Source: Octopus sinensis (Eukaryota). From it: DNA of 64,000 bases. The DNA lies in contig NC_043000.1 of assembly GCF_006345805.1 (NCBI RefSeq), positions 163,742,001 through 163,806,000 on the forward strand. Direction: 5' to 3'. Made by a program: the position numbers and the translations under genes. Positions within the stretch are counted from its first letter, which is position 1; each line of letters begins with the position of its first letter. Below, in pieces: positions 39,746-52,726 of the stretch. The notes beneath the pieces were generated by a model that saw only the letters and a list, made by a program, of their open reading frames with translations, had not been told where the DNA came from and made no database searches.

Positions 39746-42416
39746 CTTAGAATAACTTAGAAAGGTTTTGGCCAGTATTGGCCCAGGCCATGTCTAACTT
39801 AATAGCACCACCTGGCGAAGTCTTTCAGTTCAGGATTTGGGCACCAAGGCCCATTCGAGCAGAGAGTTATTGTTTGCGGAGACATATCCGGGTGTGGGTG
39901 GTTTGTCCGGTACTGTTTGAAGGAATTTGTCCAAAGACTTCTTGAATTTTGTGTGGTCAGTTTCTTTTTTTGACGTGTCCTGGTGTAATGTTGAAGAGAG
40001 CGGGTCCAATTGAGGTGAAATAGTTGTGCCGTATTGTCGTTATGTGATGCGATTTAGATTTTTGTTGTGGACGGATGGCACGTGGTCCAAGCCTTGGATG
40101 CATTTTGAAGGTGATGCCAACATCATTCGGACAGTGCTGATGGAATATTTTCCACATCATACAGATAATGTAGCGTTCACGGCGTCGTTGGAGTGAATAC
40201 AATTTCAGCTTCTCTAGTCTACCCCAGTAGTCAAGGTCTGACATGCCATCTATCTTTTTTGTGATTGACCTTTGGGGAGCTTCAATTCTCATAATATTTT
40301 GTTTTGTGTAGGGAAACCACAGTGGACAGCAGTATTCAAGGTGGGGTCGGGCAAAAGTGGAGAGAGAAGGATAATAGTGTGGGAATCTCTCGACTGGAAG
40401 GTTCTGAGAATCCAGGAACACATTCTGCGGGCCATGTCAACTTTGCTGCTTATATGTGTAGCCCAGCTTATGTTGTTGTCCACTGTTACTCCCAGGTCTC
40501 TGATGTTGTTGGATGCCATGAGAATTTCTCCAGAAGGAAGAGAGTATGGGAGTTTCAGAGCGTCCTCCCTTCCAAAGTGGATCAGTTCGAATTTGTCTTC
40601 ATTTAGCAACATGTTATTCTTTTCCGCCCATTGGACAACAGCCAGTAGGTCTGACTGAAGGTTTATTCGGTCATCCACGCCATTGATGACCTTCTGGAGC
40701 TTGGAATCATCAGCGAAGGTTCTGATGTTAATGTGTTTGATGGTGTCAGTAATATCATTTATGTAGATGATGAAGAGAAGTGGGCCCAACACAGTGCCTT
40801 GTGGGACACCACTGCTGACTTTGGCTGGGCTGGACTTGACTCCTTCGACTATAACATGTTGGGTTCTGTTAGACAGGAAGCACTTGATCCACTGCAGCAG
40901 CTTTCCAGTGACACCAATATTGGACAGCTTTCTCAGAAGGATCTTATGACCAACCCTGTCAAAGGCCTTGCTGAAATCAAGGTAGATGACATCAGTGTTG
41001 GACCTTCTCCCAAGGCTCTCAAAATGTCATCAAAATGATGCAGTAGCTGCGTCAGGCAATCTCTCCATTACGGAATCCATGCTGGTTGGGGTTCAGCATA
41101 TTATGACTCTCAAGGAAGTGAGTCATACGCTATCTCAGCACCCTCTCAAATACCTTGATGATATGAGAGGTGAGTGAGATTGGACGGTAATTCACGGCAA
41201 GCGATTTGTTTCCTTTTTTGAAAACTGGGACAACAGACTGGGATAGAAGGTCTTCTGGTATATATCCAGCATCCAGTGAGTTCCGCCACAGATTGGCTAG
41301 AGGGGGTGCAAGTTGGTTTTGACACATCTTCAAGACACAAGCAGGGAACCTATCGGGACCTACTGCTGAATTATGCTTCATTTCCTTTATTGCTGCTAAG
41401 ACATCAGGAGCGCCAAATGTTATGTCCGATAAAGTGTATTGGGGAGTAACATCACTGATACAGCCCAGATCAGTCATATCAGGATTGCTGAAAACAGAGC
41501 AATATTGTTTCTGCAATATCTCTCCCATGGTTTTGGCATTGTCTTGAAGAGTACCATTTTCATCAATCAGAGGGCCAACAGTAGAACCAGTGACTCTGTG
41601 TTTTTTTGCAAATGAAAAGAACACTTTGGGATTGAGTTTGATCTTCTCAATGGCCCAGGCCTCTTCAGCTCTTCGCTGACTATTGATGATAGACATCATG
41701 TTGTTTTGGAGTTTATGTTTTTTAATCTCTAGCGACGAGATGGCAGTCAGGTTGGTGTGTTGCTGTTGACAGTATTTCAGCATGTTGATCTTTTTGTTGA
41801 TTCTTTTAATTTTCTTTATGAGAGATTTTCTATTTCTAGGGATTCGACACTTAGATTTGTTTGCAGATCTTAATGGGGTGTGTCTTGCACATATGTTCGT
41901 GATGGTGTCTACAAGTGACTGCCAGGACTTTTTGATGTTAGTGGGTGTGTATGTGTGCGTGAAGGACCAATCGACTTGTGCAAGATCATTATTGATCGCT
42001 TCCCAGTTTGCATTGTGGAAATCCATAGTGTCAACTGGATGAACAGGAGGGATGACATTTGTTTTGCATTTTGGCCAGTGAAATCTCAGATCACAGAGAA
42101 CCATGTCATGGTCGGAGAGTAGGGTTTTCTCCACTGCAATATTGTGGATAGTATCAGTGTGATTGCTGAAAATTAAGTCTAAGACGTTTTGTGACATCTC
42201 GTTGGTTCGAGTACCAGTTGGGACAAGAAGAAGTCATCCATGAAGTCAAGAAGCGATTCCACTGCCTCCCTGTCAGGGGTTGAGAGAGAAAAACCTGGCG
42301 GCAGACTGTTTGTAGACCAGTCAACCCCGGGAAGGTTGAAATCTCCCATCATTAAAATGTTGTCAGGTTGACACTGCTGAATGAAACACTTTATGCTGTT
42401 GAGGCATTCCTTGAAG
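39746..42416 (-). mobile_element. 5'-truncated CR1-type LINE ORF2 (APE C-terminal half + RT + 3' UTR), about 4-5 disablements
   Basis: ILMMGDFNLPGVDW, EPTR / NVLDLIFSN, LSDHDMV (APE); NYRPISLTSHIIKVFERVL, YLDFSKAFDRVGH, SGVPQGTVLGPLLF, FADD at 40706-40717, RPHLEYCCPLW, YSLQRRRERY (RT and C-terminus). Confidence 0.95.
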
Positions 42417-42486
42417 CATACATACATACATACATACACACATACATACATACACACATACATACATACACACACACATACATATA

Positions 42487-42518
<32 letters not shown>

Positions 42519-42819
42519 CATACATACATACATACACACATACATACACACACACACACATACATACATACATACATACATACATACATACACACACATA
42601 CATACATACATACATACATACATACACACACACATACATACATACACACATACATACATACACACATACATAAATACATACATACATACATACATACATA
42701 CACACATACATACATACATACACACATACATACATACACACACACACACATACATACATACATACATACATACACACATACATACATACATACACACATA
42801 CATACATACATACATACAT

Positions 42820-42850
<31 letters not shown>

Positions 42851-42928
42851 ACATACATACATACATACACACATACATACATACATACATACATACATAC
42901 ATACATACATACACACAACACACAGAAT

Positions 42929-42959
<31 letters not shown>

Positions 42960-43217
42960 TACATACATACATACATACATACACACATACATACATACAT
43001 ACACACATACATACAAACATACATACATACATACACACCACATACATACATACATACATACATACTACATACTACTACATACATACATACATACATACAT
43101 ACATACACACATACATACATACATACATACATACATACATACATACATGCATACATACATACATACATACATACATACATACATACATACATACATACAT
43201 ACATACATACATACTAA
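42417..43217. repeat. 800-bp (TACA)n/(CACA) array at the 5' truncation point of the CR1 copy
   Basis: Directly visible. Confidence 0.95.
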
Positions 43218-43426
43218 CACACGCACACACACACACAACAAACGAAAATGTTACAAAAACATAACAAGCAGAAAATTCATAGCTTATTCCTCATCAGTCA
43301 ACGTCCAAACGATCATTACAATTTCACGTCTTTAACGTTGATATTGTTCACTCTTGGTGGTGCCAATGGCAGGAATGCGTAGCGTTACGTAAATATATTT
43401 CAAATGCATTATATATATATAATATT

Positions 43427-43678
43427 TTACTTGTTTCAGTCATTTGATTGCAGCCATCCTGAGCAGCGTCTTTAGTCGAGCAAATCGACCCCAGGACTTA
43501 TTCCTTGTAAGCCCAGTACTTATTCAATCGGTCTTTTTTTGCCGAATCGCTAGGTTACTGGGACGGAGACACACCAGCATCGGTTGTCAAGCGAGTGGGG
43601 TGACAAGCACAGACACACAATACACACACACACCACACACACCACACCACACACACACACATATTATATATATATTAT

Positions 43679-43751
<73 letters not shown>

Positions 43752-43919
43752 ATATACGACGAGCTTCTTTCAGTTTCCGTCCACCAAATCCACTCACAAG
43801 GCTTTGGTCGGCCCGAGGCTATAGTAGAAGACACTTGCCAAGGTGCCACGCAGTGGGACTGAATCCGGAACTATGCGGTTCGTAAGCAAGCTACTTACCA
43901 CACAGCCACTCCTGCGCCT
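43427..43919 (-). mobile_element. Family A SINE
   Basis: Reverse complement of the 10808-11300 family; head ...cttaccacacagccactcctgcgcc. Confidence 0.92.
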
Positions 43920-44204
43920 ATGTATATGTGTGTGCGTGTGTGTGTGTATGTTTATAATATACATGAACATATGCATTATATACATGGATTGTATAGCCGG
44001 GAAAATGTAGCAACATCGCCTGCACGATTCGTCAGCTGTAAACAGCATGACGCTGTTTCTAATTTAGGTACAAGACCAGAAATGTTGAGGTGAAGGAATT
44101 ACTCGATTCCAGCGATTCCACAGTCTGACTTTGGAAGATTCGAAGTCAAAATAAAAAGCCGAAGAATAACACTGCATTGTACTTTTACTTTCGCATGAAT
44201 GAAA

Positions 44205-44560
44205 CAATTATGCCAACCAAACATCCTTTTAAACTGCATTTCATACGTATGTATGTATGCATGTATGTATGTATGTATGTATGTATGTATGTATGTATGT
44301 ATATATGTATGTATGTATGTATGTATGTACGTATATATGTATGTATGTATATATGTATGTATGTATGTATATATGTATGTATATATGTATGTATGTACGT
44401 ATTATGTATGTATGTATATATGTATGTATGTATGTATATATGTATGTATGTATGTATGCGTGTATGTATGTATGTACTATGTATATATGTATGTACGTAT
44501 GTATCTATGTATGTATGCACGTATGTATGCATGCATGTACGTATGTATGTACGGACGGAC
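44205..44560. repeat. (TATG)n microsatellite
   Basis: Directly visible. Confidence 0.95.
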
Positions 44561-44629
44561 AGACGGACGAATGGATGTAGGCTGAAATGGATGTAGGCTA
44601 AAAATATATATATATACACACACACACAG

Positions 44630-44683
<54 letters not shown>

Positions 44684-44974
44684 TATATATATAATGGTGT
44701 GTAATTTTTGAAAAATATATATACATATATATAATTATGTGTAGAACAAGAAAAAATCAAAATGAGAAATAATTCTGGTTATAAGAAAAAGTAATGGAAA
44801 TTTAAAAAATGTTGTGCTAAAAAAATCTTAAAGGGGGACGTGTTGTGGCGGACGCCCCCAGGTGAGAAGTTGGCCGGTTCACTACTAATAAATAGTGAAC
44901 TGAAACAGTCAATGCGCTGGTCGGGCCAGTCCCGCAGTAGACGACGAAATATGTCGTCATAATACGGGACATAA

Positions 44975-45660
44975 CACTAACATAGATTTATACAGGAACG
45001 ATGGCGTGGGAGTAGTATACAATATGGCTAGAATAAAGAATTATGCAAAATATTTAACCAGTTAGGCCTAAGAACCACGATTAGTGCAAACTTGAAAGAA
45101 ATAATCTTCATAGACATTAACACGAATCTTAACACAGGAAAATTTACACCCTATCAGAAACAAAACGAGAAAGTCTCGTACATAGGCCTATATTCCAACT
45201 ACCCACCAGCAGTAATTAAACAAATAGTTAACAACATTAGCAGCTGCACCTACAATTTCTCTGCTGACAAAGACACTTTTGAAAAAGCCACCCATGATAT
45301 AATGCTGCATTAGAAAGGTCCGACTTTATGAATAGCATATACAACATTGAATCAAATATAAATCGACCTAGAAAACGCAGACAGAGGAAAATCTGATGGT
45401 TTAACCCATCTTATAGCATGAATGTAGCTAAATTTTTGTATTAATGGAAAACCTTTATAATTGGCTGATGAGTACTCAGTATCTTAAATCTGTTGTAATA
45501 CTTACAACATTTAATAAAATGATGTAGTACGAAACGATCGTACCAAATTACCGGAGTCATTCTTGTTGCTTATTTTGATTATAATCATCCCACGGATTTT
45601 TATGGATAACTAAATTAAGTACCATATTCATTTGAATCTAAATTTTTGCTGAACTTATAT
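44975..45660 (+). mobile_element. Decayed Penelope-like element: RT C-terminal half joined to the 3' terminal repeat
   Basis: With frameshifts and stops: DLYRNDGVGVV (YRDDG motif mutated), ELCKIFNQLGLRTTISANLKEIIFID, NLNTGKFTPYQKQNEKVSYIGLYSNYPPAVIKQI, PRKRRQRKI*WFNPSYSMNVA. Confidence 0.85.
45461..45546 (+). ncRNA. Type I hammerhead ribozyme, intact core
   Basis: ttgg-CTGATGA (45465-45471)-gtact...agtac-GAAAC (45531-45535)-gatc-GTA-ccaa. Stem I ttgg/ccaa; palindromic stem III ACGATCGT; GUA cleavage triplet. Confidence 0.85.
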
Positions 45661-47504
45661 ATATATATATATACATACATACTAAATCTTGTATATGCTG
45701 GACGAAAATGTATCCTTAAATTTTGAAGAAAACTTGAAAAGATCATAGAACGGAGATAAATCTAAAGAAGACGAATAAAATTAGTGAAATAACATTTCGG
45801 AGAAAGATTGAAACACATGAATACGCAATAACTTTAAAACTTTTTAAGAAAAGTATCAAATTCTAAAATAGTGGAATGCGAAAATACTTTGATTTGCTTT
45901 CATTGCTATGTGAGCAATATTTCCTTCAGTTGTTTAAATTTCTAATTTTCATATCAACGAAAATCAGTTGAAGTTCGAGTGAAAGGCGGAAGTAACAGAT
46001 AAATGAATCTAAGTTTTAATATGAAAACAGGAAGAAGTGGGAGGAGATGGTTACAGTGAATGAGAGCTAGAAAGAGAAGGGGAAGGAGAGTGAGGGAATT
46101 TCGAGTTTTAGAAATGGTGTTCAAAATTAAAAATAAATGCAGTATCTTTATTAAAATATATTAAGACTTTGCTATCATTTGATATTGAATCAAAAGATTG
46201 TTAAGTGTTTCGATTACTAATATAGATATACTTAACTTACAATAATTATATATGAGATTTTATCACCAAAGCGTCCAGGCGAAAACTTTAAGAATGTACG
46301 AGCTATTTTAATGGAAACCTTTGAAAAGAGAAAAATATTTCCTTGCAACAAAATTTCAAAGTATGGACTGTAAAACGTTATATTTACCAACGGTACTGAC
46401 GAAGGAAATAATATATACAAAGCTAAAAAGAATGAAAAATATCAAAATTTTTATTCCGTTTTTTTTTCGCGAGAACAAGGACTGTTGCATAAACTACAGC
46501 GAAGTACAATTCTGTGAGATAAAGAAGTTTTCATGTAATCGCTTGTAGAAATAATAGCTAATTCTCCGAAGAAATTCTGTTGTTTTGAAAAATCACAGAA
46601 ACGTCGCGTTGAGTACACTAAACTTGGAAAAAGTATGGAAGGATTGACTGGAAAATTTTTAATCATAGAATTATCACTAATAGCTAACTTAAGGTTAAAC
46701 AACAGCAAGAGGAAGTATACATTATACAATATAACCCAAGATATACTATGACGAAGAAGGAATAGTTGTGATTATATCAAAGAACTTATCAAAGACTGAC
46801 AAGGATCTATAAAACAACGACGAAGAGTATGTGGGTTCATATCCTAATCAAAAACTGTACTAAAATTTCACCTGACATGCATACAAACTTCTTACCAAAA
46901 GACAGCTGTATTGGGTGTCTTGTATCACGTATATATGAAATGTAGCCTATCATGCAATACCGTAGTGGGTTTGTTATTACATAAATAACACCGCGAATGA
47001 TTCATCAATCACCAGAACTATCATACATTCACCTTTCACCTTACTTTAAATTATTCTTGAAAGTTTTTCTTTCGGATTTCCATTTCTAGTTCTCGCTCGC
47101 TCTAGTAGTTTACTACTGTACAGGATTGAAAGGAAAGGTTGAGCTAAATGGCTTGCAGCTTTTTATTTTGATTTTCGTTTTTTCTTTCTTTTCACAAAAA
47201 GTAGTTTCAAAGAGAAAGCAAAGAAAAGCAACTAGCAACTATGCACCCCAGAGGTATACACGGCAGGGGTAGACAGCCCGATGTGCAACGCAGCACGGGG
47301 AAAACTAAGGACCAAAGGCGTGGCCGATACGACTGTAGGCTTCATCAAAACAAGCATGTTTAAAGATGCTCGCTTTGATGAGGACCGCATTCGTATCAGT
47401 AGCAAGAAGAAGAAGAACAGCGATTTACGGCATCAACAATGTCAATAACTGCTGAAATAGCAAATGACATTTCTTTCTTCTAGAACAGTTTATTATTTAA
47501 ACAT

Positions 47505-48062
47505 GGGAAGAAGAAGAAGAAGAAGAAGAAGAAGAAGAAGAAGAAGAAGAAGAAGAAGAAGAAGAAGAAGAAGGGAAAGAAGAGGAAGAAGAAAAAGGGA
47601 AAGACGAAGAAGAAAAGAGAAGAAAAGAGAAGAAGGGAAAGAAGGGGAAGAAGAAAAAGGGAAAGACGAAGAAGAAGAAGAAGAAGAAGAAGAAGAGGGG
47701 AAAGAAGAGGAAGAAGGGGAAGAAGAAGAAATAGAAGAAGAAGAAATAGAAGAAGAAGAAAAAGAAGAAGAAGGGAAAAAGAAGAAGAAGAAGAAGAAGA
47801 AGAAGAAGGGAAGAAGAAAAAGGGAAGAAGAAAAAGGGAAGAAGAAGAAGGGGAGAAGAAAAAGGGAAGAAGAAGAAGAAAAGAAGAAGAAGAAGAAGAA
47901 GAAGAAGAAGGAAGAGAAAAGGGAAGAAGAAAAAAGGGAGAAGAAGAAGGGGAAGAAAAAAAGGAAGAAGAAGAAGAAGAAGAGAAAAGGGAAGAAGAAG
48001 AAGAAGAAGAAGAAGAAGAAGAAGAAGAAGAAGAGAAGAAGAAGAAGGGAAGAAGAAAAAGG

Positions 48063-48094
<32 letters not shown>

Positions 48095-48160
48095 AGAAGA
48101 AGAAGAAGAAGAAGGGAAAGACGAAGAAGAAGAAGAGAAGAGAAGAAGAGAAGAAGAAGT
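47505..48160. repeat. ~650-bp almost pure polypurine (GAA/GGGAA) tract
   Basis: Directly visible; explains the Lys/Glu/Arg ORF 47464-48219. Confidence 0.95.
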
Positions 48161-48492
48161 GTGGAATGGTTAGGTTGGTGTCAGTTATACTGATGTTGTT
48201 GGTGATAGAAAAAGGCTGAGAGAGAGAAAGGTGGGATGGTGTGTGTGTCTATGAACGAAAACCTATTGACATGTATATGTGTGTGTGGAGAGGTATGAAC
48301 GTGCGTGTGTCTACACCCGCACGCGCTTCTGTCAGACGCATTAAGAAGCTGATCTTTATTTCAACACCAGATGGCTCTGAGCATTTTTCTGCACTTATTC
48401 TTTGTTCTTAATATGTGCGCACGTGTGTGCATGTGTGTGTGTGTGTGTGAGTAGATGCGTAGGTGAGTGTCAGTGTGTGTGTTTATGTAAGC

Positions 48493-48535
<43 letters not shown>

Positions 48536-48543
48536 ATATATAT

Positions 48544-48608
<65 letters not shown>

Positions 48609-48652
48609 GTGAAATGTATGTATAATGTATGTATACGTATATGTGTGTATAT

Positions 48653-48695
<43 letters not shown>

Positions 48696-50181
48696 TATAT
48701 TTATATTTATATTTATATATATCACATGCATATGTAGCTACGTGTGTGTGTGGTGTTGTGTGTGTATGTGTGTGTGTGTGTGTGTTGTGTGTGTGTGTGT
48801 GCGAATGTTTCTACTTGCACTTATAGTTTATTGCTGAATTGATTTATATTTTTTTATATTTTTATATGATTTGGGAGGAGGATATAAATGCGGAGTATCT
48901 GCCCTCCCCACCACACACACACACACACACACATGAAGAAGCTCAGACAACGGACTACTTAATCAACCTACCATTTGCTTTAATTTTATCTACACGGGTA
49001 TAAATTATAAATGATTTTAAACAGCTTAACCGCCCCCTAATTTACTTGGTGTTTGCTTAATCTTTCACCTATTCAACAATTATGCCATTAGCGAATATAT
49101 AAACGGTAAAACGATAATATACGTGAGGGCTCGCTCGCTCACGCACGTGTACTTGTGCGTGAGCGCACTTATGTGAGTACGAGTATGTGTGTGTTTCACT
49201 AAAAGTGTGTACATGCACCTGATGTTATGTATGGGGGTTTGGGTTTTGGTGAGGGGAGACTAGTGATACCTGCGGGCCCTCCCGCGTTGATGCAGCGAGA
49301 AACGCTGCAAGTTGATCCCTGTAGAGAAGGAAATATGCCTTTAAGGAGCAGGATGAAGTTCCAGACAGATGCAGTTTGTTGAAGGAGAGAAATCCTTAAG
49401 AAAATTACTGTTTGTGGCTTATTGTGTGTAAACAGAATAGAGACTACAATAGAAGTGGATGATTCGTGTAATTACCATCTAAATCCTTCTGAGGAATTTC
49501 AACCATGTTTCGTGGTCTGCTACCACAACAGCTCCTTTATAGGATCCAGTTAGCTCGAAACATCATCAGGAGGAACCACGTCCGGTTTGACTCTACCGTT
49601 TTGACGTGGTGGGGTCCCCACTTTCGGAGGCGGCTTCAGCTCTGGTGTTGGGTGCATGACTTCTTTCTTCTGTTCCCTGGCCTCTTCGGTGTAGCGTCAA
49701 CGAGTGTCAGCCGGCGACTGACTGATTTGTCAAATTTTTTCCTTTTAAAAAATAGTAATTTCTTTTATTTCATGTTCCTTTGTTTTTCATCTATGAAGGA
49801 CCCTTGCCCGAAATGTTGAACTTAATCACTATTTCTTCTTTACTGTGCGAAACTAAAAACTGCATACCTTGTATTCTTTGATTTGTTGCTGACAACTACG
49901 TTGCTATTCTATCGCTGTGTAATTTTATGAGTTTTATTAAGCTGCAGAGCTACATTGAAGTCCCTATTGTTCTGAAATAGATAACCGTGACGACAGCGAT
50001 GATACTGCGGCTACACCTGCTTTTCCTATTTACTCCCAGGTCAGTCATGATCAAGAATACTTTTGATGATAGGTATTCAAGATACGGCTATTCCGTCGTC
50101 TTTCTCTCTTTCCCCTCTCTCTCTCGCTCTCCCTCCTTTTCCTTTCTCTCTCTCTTTCTTTCCCTTTCTCTCTTTCCCTCT

Positions 50182-50221
<40 letters not shown>

Positions 50222-51429
50222 AATTATAGTGTTCTCAATGTCCCCCAGACTATATTATCCGAGTTGCTCTTTCTTAAAACGGTAGGGAGTGATTCAAAAG
50301 CGATCTTGAAATTAACAGGGTCACCAAATAATGCAGCCATCACTGGAAACTAGTAGAAAATAACGTTAAAATACACGTTTTAAGGTTATATGCTGTGACT
50401 ACTGGTGTTGTTGCTATTGTTTTTGTCATTGTTTATTGTAGGTTAACTCTGATCGAGCAGCTCTATTTCAACTTTGACCATCATATTTTCCTTTCTCAGA
50501 TATGGAATTATATATCAACCGACAAGTGAGACTCTGGATAGGTCAGTGGGAAATAGCGGACAAATCTCCCTATAATTACACCTCGCCGTCTTTCAAAAGA
50601 CAAGGTATGTTCCGAGCTTCCGTTTAAAAAAAAAACAATATGTTCCTATCAGGAACGTCTTAATCATATGTCTGCTCTAGCAGTGCTAACCAGAGCAAAA
50701 CGAAAGGTAAATATGACAATATTACTGAAAGTCTTACCTTTTTTTTAAGATGATGATGCCATTTGAAATGAAATTAACAGATATTTTATCGGTGTTCCAG
50801 CCATAATCATACCGTCTTTTCGGAGATTTCATTAACTAATGTATTCTTTATTTATTATTTTTTAAGGCGGCAAAGGATAGTTTAGGAAAGGTTTCATTAG
50901 GATTTCTTCCAGATCAAATGAGATTCCTTGATTGGCTCTTCTTTTTAATTGTGTTCTCATCTTTTTAATTACTTCTTATTATTGTCAGTGTATGTCTTTT
51001 TTTTTTGCAATTTTTCCATAAATTTTCAAGGCTATAAATTGTTTAGTTAATTTGTAAATGCCTCCTAAATGTCAAAAGTCTTCATAAGATAAATCTCCAT
51101 TTTTTATGGAACCACCAATCGATTAGAGAGAACAACCTCAGGTGAATTAACAGCTAATTGAAATGGAGCTATGTACACTAAAGTGTTTTTCACTAGAGCT
51201 CAGAGAAACGATTGAAGATAGATTTAACTGATGATTTATGAGTATGTAGTTTAACACCATATTCCTTTAGGTATCTCGACTTAATTGATAAGGACGATTT
51301 ATTCTATATCCATGATCAAGGTACTAATCTTTCAGAGGATCTCTCAGTTATTCTAGCAATAAATAGCCACACGGCAAGATGCAACGGCATTACTAGTGTC
51401 AGTTGTCAAAGCACTATATTTTGTTGGGG

Positions 51430-51610
51430 CTTTTTTTTTCATGTATAAGATTAAATTAGAAGCGTTGTTATATCGTCAAGTAAATTCCTTGCAGTACTCG
51501 TTCTGGATCTCAGCACTCTGAGTTCAAATCTCTCCCTGGTGAATTTTACCTTTCATTGTTTCTGGGTCGATCAATAAAGTATCAGTCCTCAGTCCAGTAC
51601 AAGGTTCGAT
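51430..51610 (+). mobile_element. Decayed family B SINE
   Basis: ctctgagttcaaatctc...ttacctttcattgtttctgggtcgatcaataaagtatcag. Confidence 0.7.
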
Positions 51611-52444
51611 TTCTGTTTTTTTTTTTCAGTAGAAGAAATCAGCTGTGATCAACTGTGAAAAGTGATGGTCTTCGCCATGTCACAAACAAGGCAATTATTT
51701 TCTTATAGAGGAATAAATCTCCCCACGCTGTTTTGGTAAGAAGGAAGTACTCTCAGTCCAGTTGACCTTCATGTATTAGGGGAAATTATTTTAACGGAAG
51801 GAGATGTTGAACTTGATAGATGTGAAATTAGAACTGAATGGAACACAATTAGCTGATGTTATATATAAAGTAACAATACAACGTGGGTTATGAATACTGG
51901 ATGGACTCAGATACATATGTATTTAGTCTCGTTGGTTACATGTTTATTCGTGACCTTGTATTGGTCTTCTATTATTGGTACTCTTTTCATGAATATAGAG
52001 ACATTACACTTGTACCATTAGGTACCATTCACAATCTAATGTTAATAAGCTTGGCGGGGAAAGATAATTTAATCCCGATAAGACGTAAAAACAACGACAC
52101 AAGTCAGTTGTGTCCTCATTCTACGTCGAAATACCCACTTTATTTCGGATATTACTGGTTGTAGTTAGATTTGCAGAATACATTGAAATGCTGTGCATAG
52201 CTGTTTGTTTACGCAAGTTAAGGCTTCAGTTATCTTTGAATCAAATATCTCTTAACACTCTTAGTAAGATGAGCGGTGCAGTATACATCAATTGTTATTA
52301 TTATCCTTAGAATTTAATAAGTTATATATTCTTCTGTTCAATCCCATATAAAATGCACAGCGGAAAGCTGACTGGCGCATCAGCTTTTATTGAAATATTG
52401 TATATGTCTTTGCTCGCAAACACAACGCTTTGTGTTCATCACGT

Positions 52445-52712
52445 GGAAGTGCGTGGCTTAGTGGTTAAGGAATTCCACCCATGATCGTAAGGTCGTTGTG
52501 TCTTTGTGAAAGACGTTTTATTTCATGTTGTTCCAGTTCGCACAAATGCATTTCGTAATCTTTACGTTCTGAGTTCAAATTCTACAGAGGTCGACTTTAC
52601 CTTATATCCTTTTAGGGTCGATAAATTAAGTACGAATCACGTACTGGGATCGAGGTAACCGACTTAATCCGTTCCCCTGAAATTGCTGGCCTTGTACCAA
52701 AATTAAAAACCA
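52445..52712 (+). mobile_element. Truncated family C head followed by family B SINE body with (ATT)n tail
   Basis: gcgtggcttagtggttaagg..tttatttcatgttgttccagttc, then ctttacgttctgagttcaaattctacagaggtcgac...aaaaccattattatt. Confidence 0.75.
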
Positions 52713-52726
52713 TTATTATTATTATT

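Noticed and set aside
44841-44976. Possible solo LTR (TGTTG...TAACA, AATAAA, internal hairpin)
   Set aside because: No target-site duplication (ggacg vs ctaac) and very short
47464-48219. 251-aa Arg/Lys/Glu-rich ORF
   Set aside because: Coincides with the GAA polypurine tract; no complex sequence
49503-49818. Two opposed decayed hammerhead-like cores (49503-49569 minus; 49791-49818 plus)
   Set aside because: One has a broken stem II and stem I, the other lacks G5 (CT-ATGA). Suggestive of PLE termini but not callable.
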